Part shown: piece after piece, positions 56,130 to 64,000 of the stretch
Numbering within the stretch: position 1 is the first letter of the stretch
How the letters are laid out: every line of letters begins with the position of its first letter
Virus record (IMG/VR): IMGVR_UViG_3300006925_000007
Coordinates: 32,001 to 96,000 of that record
Length of the DNA: 64,000 nt
Origin: a virus
Strand: one strand, 5' to 3'
Position numbers and translations under genes: made by a program
Notes under the pieces: model-generated
Told to the model about the DNA's origin: nothing
What the model saw: only the letters and a program-made list of their open reading frames with translations
The model's database searches: none

Positions 56130-59100
56130 ATGGCACAAAATATTAGACAATCAAAACTTTTTGCAGCTGAAGACTATGTAGCAGTATACGAATCATATAT
56201 CAATGCTAACTTACAAGCATATGATTATGATACTATTCGCACAGCGATGGTCGAGTATGTAAGAAGCACATATCCAGAAAACTATAATGACTGGATTGAA
56301 AGTTCAGAGTTTGTTGCACTACTTGACGTAGTAGCACAAATGGGACACAACTTAGCATTTAGAGTTGACCTAAACTCACGTAATAACTTTTTAAGCACAG
56401 CAGAAAGACAAGATAGTGTTTATAAACTAGCAGAATTTATTGGCTACACACCAAGACGTAATGTGCCAGCATTTGGTGAGATGAAAGTAATTAGTGTAAA
56501 AACAAACGAGTCTGTAATTGGCAGTGCAGGAACCAGTTTAGGCGGGCAAGATATTAAATTTGAATCAACAAGTAATGTAAACAACTTGGATGATTTCATT
56601 GCGGTAATGAATAGTGTATTACAATTTGGTAATCAATATGGTAGTCCTAAAAAACAAACATCAGTAAATAATATCGCACAACAGTTTTATGAATTAAACA
56701 ACGACGCAAATCAAATCAAGTTTGACGTAACAGGTATTGCAAATGGTAAATCATCCACATTTAATATTGTGAGTGTAGATTATGCAGACGGCATTGTATA
56801 CGAAAAATCTCCTAATCCTAGTAATGCATTTGGATTATATTATAAAAATAGTGGGTTAGGTTTATCAAACAAAGATACAGGTTTCTTCTTTGGAGTAAAA
56901 GAAGGAACACTAGCATTCCAAGATATTCAAATTACAGAAGCAATTGATAATCAGACTATTGATATTAATGTAGATCACATTAATAATAGTGACGTATGGG
57001 TGCAAACAATTACATCAGCAGGTAATGTTGTTAAAGATTGGACCAATGTAAAAAATGTGGATGCGTATGCAAATACATCATACAATGGAGTAGTGGCTAC
57101 AACTAGAGATATATACTCAGTTAAGACACGCAAAGACAACCAAATATCAATTAACTTTGCAGACCAAACATTTGGTAATGCACCAAAGGGAATTATACGT
57201 GTTTGGTATCGTGTAAGTAAAAACGAGTCTTATGTAGTTAGACCAGACGATTTATCAAACAAAAAAATTACAGTTCAATATAAAGGCATTGATGGTAATT
57301 CTTATACTGCAACATTTACGTTGCAATTAAAAACAAGCATTACAAACGGAAGCAGTGCTGAGTCATTAGATAGTATTAAACAAAATGCTCCAATGGCATA
57401 TGCAAGCCAGAACAGATTAGTCACAGCAGACGATTATAATACAATAATTGGATATCAAACATCAAGTGTTGTAAAAGTTAAAAGCCTTAACAGAACATTT
57501 AGTGGACATAGTAGATATGTTGACTTTACAGATCCAACAGGAGAATACAGTAACTTATTGTTACACGGAACCGATGGTCGTTTGTATGAAACAGATACAG
57601 TTAAAAGTAAAACCACAAGTGTAGGACAAAATAAAGATTACATCTTTGAAAAATACGTAAAGCCACAACTATCAGACTTTGATTTAATTAACCTTTACTA
57701 TACAAAATACACAACCGCATTTGATAATTTAAAAAATACATTTAATGCAGAAACATTTTATTGGGATGCACCAGGAACTAATTTATATACAGCGAACACA
57801 GGCAAATTACAAAATGCAAATTCAGTAGTTCAACGAGTAGGCAAAACTGCAACAAGCACAAACTATTTGAATCAGTTCAGAGTAGGAGCAATGGTTAAGT
57901 TTACACACCCAAGTAATGGAAGTCATAAATGGGCAAAAGTATTAAATGTATTTGCTTACGGACTTGGTATAGACAAGACTGGAGTTCAGCTTGGTGAAGC
58001 AAGTGGATTAAGATCAAACGGACTTGGTGCAATTACATTAGATGCAAATATTCCAACTGGTTGGACTGTTGATACTATTATCCCATCGTTCCCACGTTTA
58101 TTTAAAACAAAAGAATCAAATATTATTACAACATATTTAGAAGCAAAAAGAACATTTGCTCTTTCGTTTGATTATCAAAATCAAAGTTGGGAACTAGACA
58201 GCAACCCTGGATCTTATAATGTAACACCTGGTTCATATGATAAAGATACATGGCTTATTTACTTTAACTTCACTGGAGGAAAGTATAACATATATACAAG
58301 AACAACACAATACGTTTTAGAAAGCAACGATGTTGCATTTACAAATGTTAGCATGAACAGTGGATTAGATTCATTAACAAAGAAAAAAGCAAGAGATACA
58401 GTTGAATTTACTAGTGTAGTAGATGGAGTATTAACGACTAGCGGTAAGATGCATGTAAGTGGTATAGAACAAGACTCTAATGGAGTTATTGATGCTTCCC
58501 ACATCTTCTTATCATTGGTTGATGATAATTTTGACAACAGACCAGATAATCCATTAGTGTTTACTGACATTGTTGGAGATTCAACAGCTATCGTTGATGG
58601 CATAGAGCGAGCTGATAAAAGTAATTTAAGATTTGAATGGCGCCATGTTGCAGCAGATAGAGAAATTGTTGATCCAAGCTACACAAACATTATCGATGTA
58701 TATGTGTTAGATAAAACATATGATACAGATTATAGAAATTGGTTAATGACAAATGTAGGCGAAGAACCAATTGCGCCATCCAGTGATTCGTTAGCCACTA
58801 ACTTTACAGGCATAGAAAAACAAAAAATAATTAGTGATACTATTTTATATAAGCCAGTAAAATATAAAACATTATTTGGACCAACTGCTCATTCATCTCT
58901 ACGTGCAACATTTAACGTAGTTAAAGTAAAAGGCAGCAATATAGTTGACAGTGAAATTAGAGCAAACGTAGTAAAAGCAATTAATGAATTCTTCGATGTA
59001 GGCAATTGGGAATTTGGTGAAACATTTTACTTTACAGAATTGGCAGCATATGTTCATAAAGAACTATCTATGTTAATTAGTAGTTTTACTATTATACCAC

Positions 59101-59225
59101 ATGGTGCATCAAGTGTGTTTGGAGAGTTATTTGAAATTACACCAAACATAGATGAGATGTTTATACCAGATGTAAGTATAGACGATATTAATATCGTTAG
59201 TAACGTTAACGCTGTTGCAAAATGA
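56130..59225 (+). CDS. gp6: Baseplate wedge protein
   Basis: YDYDTIR, LLDV.A, FLSTA..DSV.KLA..GY.P and ES..SIK.NAP..YASQNR.VTA.DY motifs. Confidence 0.85.
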   Translation: MAQNIRQSKLFAAEDYVAVYESYINANLQAYDYDTIRTAMVEYVRSTYPENYNDWIESSEFVALLDVVAQMGHNLAFRVDLNSRNNFLSTAERQDSVYKLAEFIGYTPRRNVPAFGEMKVISVKTNESVIGSAGTSLGGQDIKFESTSNVNNLDDFIAVMNSVLQFGNQYGSPKKQTSVNNIAQQFYELNNDANQIKFDVTGIANGKSSTFNIVSVDYADGIVYEKSPNPSNAFGLYYKNSGLGLSNKDTGFFFGVKEGTLAFQDIQITEAIDNQTIDINVDHINNSDVWVQTITSAGNVVKDWTNVKNVDAYANTSYNGVVATTRDIYSVKTRKDNQISINFADQTFGNAPKGIIRVWYRVSKNESYVVRPDDLSNKKITVQYKGIDGNSYTATFTLQLKTSITNGSSAESLDSIKQNAPMAYASQNRLVTADDYNTIIGYQTSSVVKVKSLNRTFSGHSRYVDFTDPTGEYSNLLLHGTDGRLYETDTVKSKTTSVGQNKDYIFEKYVKPQLSDFDLINLYYTKYTTAFDNLKNTFNAETFYWDAPGTNLYTANTGKLQNANSVVQRVGKTATSTNYLNQFRVGAMVKFTHPSNGSHKWAKVLNVFAYGLGIDKTGVQLGEASGLRSNGLGAITLDANIPTGWTVDTIIPSFPRLFKTKESNIITTYLEAKRTFALSFDYQNQSWELDSNPGSYNVTPGSYDKDTWLIYFNFTGGKYNIYTRTTQYVLESNDVAFTNVSMNSGLDSLTKKKARDTVEFTSVVDGVLTTSGKMHVSGIEQDSNGVIDASHIFLSLVDDNFDNRPDNPLVFTDIVGDSTAIVDGIERADKSNLRFEWRHVAADREIVDPSYTNIIDVYVLDKTYDTDYRNWLMTNVGEEPIAPSSDSLATNFTGIEKQKIISDTILYKPVKYKTLFGPTAHSSLRATFNVVKVKGSNIVDSEIRANVVKAINEFFDVGNWEFGETFYFTELAAYVHKELSMLISSFTIIPHGASSVFGELFEITPNIDEMFIPDVSIDDINIVSNVNAVAK

Positions 59226-59241
59226 AATAGGATAAGATTTA

Positions 59242-62200
59242 ATGTCTAAGAAAAAATCAGGAAGTTATAAAACTCCAAATATAAAATCGGCAAATTTATT
59301 ACCTCAGGTCTTTAATACTGATGTAAATAAAAAATGGCTTGACAGCACATTAGACCAAATGATTTCAAAGGGTCGCCTAAAGAATGTAGAAGGCTACATT
59401 GGTGATAAATCTGGAAACAATAGATCTCAAGGCGATGTTTATTTAGAAAATGGAAAATTAGATCCTGCAATTGTAATTACAAATACTGATAACAAATTAG
59501 TAGACGCAATTACAATGGACGACATTGCAAATGCAATTAACATAAACTTTAGCGAATACAATTATAATACAGCATACGCAACAAAATCATATAGTTACAG
59601 ACCTCCTATTAACATACACAAGTTTGTAGACTATCAAAATTATGCGTGGGTTGATCAAATGCCTACATACGAAAGTATTAGAACACTTGATGCTGCAACT
59701 GTAGGGACAGTAACATCGGGCTCATCATATCCTGCAAACCCATCACATGGTGATTACTTTGCACTTAATGATGGAGTAAGCACAAAAACTTATCAATGGG
59801 ATGACAATGTTAAAGTTTGGCAACCAAGCGGAACAACAGATGCAATTTATACTAGGAACAATAATAATGCAGGATTTACAAGTGTAGTTAATCCAGTAGA
59901 AATGTTAACTGATCAATTATCTTATACAATTATAGATAACAACAATACATTTGATCTAGCAGACCAAATGCTTATTAAATTTGTTGGCGATGGATGGCAT
60001 TCAGATTCACGCACAAAAACATATCTTGTTACAGGAACAGGCAAAGAGCTTAAACTGATCAACATATATAGCTGGCCAATGCGACAGACATTATATCCGG
60101 AGACAACAAAAACTACAGTAACAGTAGGTGGAATATGGGATAAAAGTAAAATAACTGATGTTGATCCTAACAAATCAAGTTCATTATATAGTCCTGCCAC
60201 AACACCTAGTGAGATGAAGGGAAGTTATAATGTAGACGCTAATCGCTTACCAATATTTGATGGATTTGTATTTACAAACGAAGAGTCAAACAAAACACAA
60301 TTTATAGAAGGAGAGCTAATATCATTCTCAGATAGCTGGAGCATTATCGATCCCAATGGGATAAGTCAGCCAATTCTACCCGATGCTGACTATCATAAGA
60401 TATGGTATACAACAGTAGACAATGTAACAGGTGATATTGATTTTATATTAATTGTTGATGCAAAGCAAATAGGAACAAATCCTGGCAAGTGGGAACAGTT
60501 TATTGTGCCGGGCACAGACGAAACAGTATGGGCAAAATATAAAGATAGACTAGAAGGATTTGATACACAAAATTACGACAAGTCTACAGTAATCTTTACT
60601 GAAAAAGATTATCAAGTAATAGAAACAGATAGCCCATTTAGAACCGCATGGAGCAGAAACAACAAATGGACAGATATTGATACTCTTAAAAAGGTCAACG
60701 AACTTATATACGGTGGTATTAATATTGAAGCATTAACTGATACAAAGTTTATTGCAAAGAGACCTATTATTGAGTTTGACGGCAAATTAAATATGTGGCA
60801 GTGGGCAAATTACTCACCAGACTTAGGCGATAGTCATTGGACTGGTGTAATTGACTTTATGGTTAAACCTATTGGTGATTATGCACCAACAGAATCAGCT
60901 GGACCAGTCTACTCGTTAGATTTAAGTAAGGTTGAAATAAAAGGTAACCAGAGAATTGCATTCACAGAAGGTGACTTATCAAATAAAATTTGGGAAGTAG
61001 GTTCTAATGGAGTATTAACAGAAGGTATTTCTTTAACAGAAAATAATTGTGCATATGTAAGGGAAGCATTACCGGATACTGAAGATAAGATTTGGTCAAA
61101 TAGTGATGTGTTCTTTGATGGAACAAAATGGAGCACTGGGCAACAACGCACAACTATTAACCAAATGCCACTGTTTAAACTTTATACAACTGGTGGATTA
61201 GCAGTAGAACAACTAGAAGGCGGCAAGTTTCAAGGTAGTAGACTTTTTAACTACAAAATAGGAACAGGCACAACCGATCCTGAATTAAGCATACCATTAT
61301 CATATAAAGACATTAATGGCATTGGTGAGTATCAGTTTGAAAATTATTTGTTTACTGAAACACAATTTCAAAGTATTACATCTCAATTTAATAAAGACAC
61401 AAATTACCATAGACAGATAATAGGACAAAACTTATTTAAAGTTAATGATAAATTAACTAATCTATACAAGCAAAGTGAAGAAATTAGTGGAGCAGAAACA
61501 TTAGAAACATATGATGTAGATAGTGTAAGTTCAGACTTTACAATTAATACTGGACACAGTTCATGGAGAGCAGATAGACGTATTGCATTACATCAGCAAA
61601 ATAAAGAATGTGTAGTAACAGAAATACAAAACGGTGTTTACTTAGACAAAACAAATGTAGACCACACAAACATATATGTAGGTAAAAATATACCTGTTGT
61701 ATTTAACAACTTATTGGAAACTGGTGATGTTAGATTTAAAACTGTAGCTGGTGTTGACATTGAAACAACTCCACAAGCAGGTGTAACTGTAACAAGAAGT
61801 GGAAATGATATTACCTTATCACTTACTACATACAGTAGCAAAATTATTATTGACCCAGCAGATGCAACATTAACAAATGACTATACAATTATACCACTTG
61901 ACAACTATGATAGTATTCAGCATACAGTAGAAGTTAATGGTAAGCAGTTAAGTCCTAATAATTATACAATCAATGCAGATACAATTGTTATACCAAAAGA
62001 AAAACTAAATGTAGATGATGTTGTTGATTTAAAATATGCAAGTAATAATAATAAAAACAGAACCACAAACCTGTCATTACCTAAAACTTTAAAACATAAT
62101 CCAAATAACGAAATATTAAAAACTTTTACAATGGGTGAAACATTAACACATTGGCAAGACATAATAACTTCTACTCCAGGATTTGAAGGTGATGTATTTG

Positions 62201-64000
62201 GTGTCAACAATTATGATGCAATTAATAAGCAACATTACTTTGGTGGTCAAATTTTCATTCATACTGATTTAAGTATTGTGCATGATGCCTTGTATGCCAA
62301 CGATTCAATTAACATTACAAACGCATTAGCAACTACCGGAGAAGATTGGGATAACTTTAAAAATAGATTTAGAAGTCAAGTAGTTAGGTTATACGAAGCT
62401 AACACTTATAAAAGTATTAACGACTTAGTTGATGATACAATTAAAGCAATTACAGTTACTAGACAGGGCGGAGAATTATTTAAAACATCTAACATGGTTT
62501 ATACAAATAGTTCTCGATTAGAAAAATTTGTTTGGACAGATATCAATAACAATCCTAGAATATTTTTAAAAGATAATATTCACAGCGATGACAACATACA
62601 AGATCATGTTTATGTTTACTTGACAGACTGGAATGGAATCAAACTAGAAACTCGATTATTAATTAAGGATGTTGACTATAGGCAAGCAGGAAATTTAATT
62701 GAATTTACATTTCAGCCAATTGCAACACCAACTGAAGTTAAACCAACAATTATAGTGCATCATCACGCAATGGATAATGCCTCATATGTTCCACCAAGTT
62801 TAACAAAACTTAAACTTACCTCTGGTATGATTCCAACATGGGACACTTCAACGAATACATTAATCGGACACGATGGAACACAGTGGAACTTAAGATCCAC
62901 TGCAAAGTTAATTGATATGAACTCTGAATCATTTGATGTTATAAATGCATGTCAGTTTGAATTAGAAAAAAGAATTTATTCAGGATTAGTTATTAGTGAT
63001 CGTATTAATACAGATGACGCATGTGTTGAAAGTTTACAGTATGGATTTACTTCTAAGTTTATACCAAACGCAACAAGAGAAACATGGTATACATTAGAAA
63101 CAATTAATGATGCAATGTATAAATCATTCACGCAGTGGAAAGAAAAAAATAAACGTAGCGATATAAAAATTAATTATGATTCACTTGATGTAGATACTTG
63201 GAACTTTAGTTCGGTTGCACCGGGTGGTCGATTTGGAACTAATAAACTTCCTGGTCAGTGGAAAGGTGCATACGAAGTTTTATTTGGAACAAGCACCCCA
63301 CACTCAACACCGTGGCAAATGTTAGGATATGCATTTAAACCATCATGGTGGTTTGCAAAATATAGCTGGACTGATGTAACAAAACGTGCTGCACTTATAA
63401 GTGCATTAAAACGTGGACAAGTATCAACTGACAGACAAGACATAGAATGGGCAAACCATATGTGGGATTGGGATAATCATTGCCCAGTTAATACATATGG
63501 CGCATTAGTGTCAATCGAAACAGTATTAGATCCTAACAACAATATTACAAATGAAGGAAAGCAAAAACGTTTTACGTTTGGAGATTATGCAGGATTAGAA
63601 GCTGAATGGAGAAATAGTGCAAGCGGTAAAGCTGCATTAATTGATGCAATTGTAAAATTAAATCCAACAAAAGCATCCAGTATATTCTATTCGCCTAGTT
63701 TACGAGTTACTAAAAAGCAACTAGATTATTTAAACAAAGACAATTTAAATACTTACACAACATCTTCTATTGCAACACCAGGTAAAGTATATGGCAGAGT
63801 AGTTTCTGATGTTGAAATTAAAACAATTGATAGATTTTATACAAATACATTTGTAAGATTAGTTGGAGCTGATAGTGTTGATGCTGAAGTTACATTAGCA
63901 TTTGACAACAGACAATCAAGTTACCCAGAAATATTTGGCACCGCAGGAGATGACGGTAAGCGTTATGTAGTTGGAGCAAGTTTATCACAGCGTGGTAGAA
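59242..64000 (+). CDS. Giant virion/baseplate protein (partial, >1580 aa; absent from the ORF track because there is no stop in the window)
   Basis: ATG at 59242 gives MSKKKSGSYKTPNIKSANLLPQVFNTDVNKKWLDSTLDQM...; follows gp6, and the ORF track lists no closed plus-strand ORF in this span. Confidence 0.8.
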   Translation, partial: MSKKKSGSYKTPNIKSANLLPQVFNTDVNKKWLDSTLDQMISKGRLKNVEGYIGDKSGNNRSQGDVYLENGKLDPAIVITNTDNKLVDAITMDDIANAININFSEYNYNTAYATKSYSYRPPINIHKFVDYQNYAWVDQMPTYESIRTLDAATVGTVTSGSSYPANPSHGDYFALNDGVSTKTYQWDDNVKVWQPSGTTDAIYTRNNNNAGFTSVVNPVEMLTDQLSYTIIDNNNTFDLADQMLIKFVGDGWHSDSRTKTYLVTGTGKELKLINIYSWPMRQTLYPETTKTTVTVGGIWDKSKITDVDPNKSSSLYSPATTPSEMKGSYNVDANRLPIFDGFVFTNEESNKTQFIEGELISFSDSWSIIDPNGISQPILPDADYHKIWYTTVDNVTGDIDFILIVDAKQIGTNPGKWEQFIVPGTDETVWAKYKDRLEGFDTQNYDKSTVIFTEKDYQVIETDSPFRTAWSRNNKWTDIDTLKKVNELIYGGINIEALTDTKFIAKRPIIEFDGKLNMWQWANYSPDLGDSHWTGVIDFMVKPIGDYAPTESAGPVYSLDLSKVEIKGNQRIAFTEGDLSNKIWEVGSNGVLTEGISLTENNCAYVREALPDTEDKIWSNSDVFFDGTKWSTGQQRTTINQMPLFKLYTTGGLAVEQLEGGKFQGSRLFNYKIGTGTTDPELSIPLSYKDINGIGEYQFENYLFTETQFQSITSQFNKDTNYHRQIIGQNLFKVNDKLTNLYKQSEEISGAETLETYDVDSVSSDFTINTGHSSWRADRRIALHQQNKECVVTEIQNGVYLDKTNVDHTNIYVGKNIPVVFNNLLETGDVRFKTVAGVDIETTPQAGVTVTRSGNDITLSLTTYSSKIIIDPADATLTNDYTIIPLDNYDSIQHTVEVNGKQLSPNNYTINADTIVIPKEKLNVDDVVDLKYASNNNKNRTTNLSLPKTLKHNPNNEILKTFTMGETLTHWQDIITSTPGFEGDVFGVNNYDAINKQHYFGGQIFIHTDLSIVHDALYANDSINITNALATTGEDWDNFKNRFRSQVVRLYEANTYKSINDLVDDTIKAITVTRQGGELFKTSNMVYTNSSRLEKFVWTDINNNPRIFLKDNIHSDDNIQDHVYVYLTDWNGIKLETRLLIKDVDYRQAGNLIEFTFQPIATPTEVKPTIIVHHHAMDNASYVPPSLTKLKLTSGMIPTWDTSTNTLIGHDGTQWNLRSTAKLIDMNSESFDVINACQFELEKRIYSGLVISDRINTDDACVESLQYGFTSKFIPNATRETWYTLETINDAMYKSFTQWKEKNKRSDIKINYDSLDVDTWNFSSVAPGGRFGTNKLPGQWKGAYEVLFGTSTPHSTPWQMLGYAFKPSWWFAKYSWTDVTKRAALISALKRGQVSTDRQDIEWANHMWDWDNHCPVNTYGALVSIETVLDPNNNITNEGKQKRFTFGDYAGLEAEWRNSASGKAALIDAIVKLNPTKASSIFYSPSLRVTKKQLDYLNKDNLNTYTTSSIATPGKVYGRVVSDVEIKTIDRFYTNTFVRLVGADSVDAEVTLAFDNRQSSYPEIFGTAGDDGKRYVVGASLSQRGR

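Noticed and set aside
1-64000. Alternative genetic code (stop-codon reassignment), as in some jumbo phages
   Set aside because: Core genes are full length and densely packed under the standard code, and TAA, TAG and TGA all appear as genuine stops.

Overview
The window is the virion morphogenesis region of a large, AT-rich myovirus with a T4-like core gene set, probably a jumbo phage. It encodes head genes (gp20 portal, gp21 protease, gp22 scaffold, gp23 capsid), neck genes (gp13, gp14, gp15), the gp4 head-completion nuclease, and a contractile tail (gp18 sheath, gp19 tube plus a paralogue). It also carries two tape-measure-like proteins, baseplate genes (gp26-, gp53-, gp27-, gp5-, gp25- and gp6-like, plus a giant ORF running off the right edge), a run of seven fibre or appendage genes, gp46/gp47, a gp55-like late sigma factor and a dNMP kinase. 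Accessory genes include an SbmA/BacA-type transporter, a signal-peptide porin, two glycosyltransferase-like genes, a Nudix hydrolase, an HxGH nucleotidyltransferase and a SAM methyltransferase. Promoters fall into two readable classes: near-perfect sigma70 TTGACA-17-TATAAT sites and a late motif nnTAAATA. The most notable observations are: (1) an unannotated, densely structured minus-strand RNA-like element of about 330 nt (45578-45916) directly downstream of a compact GIY-YIG nuclease; (2) a T TTT TTC -1 slippery site that would fuse the gp26-like gene to the next ORF, as in lambda G/GT; (3) exact DNA blocks of 41-115 bp shared between three fibre paralogues, suggesting ongoing module exchange; (4) a porin gene with both an early and a late promoter. 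All family assignments come from motif recognition and synteny; no database searches were run.
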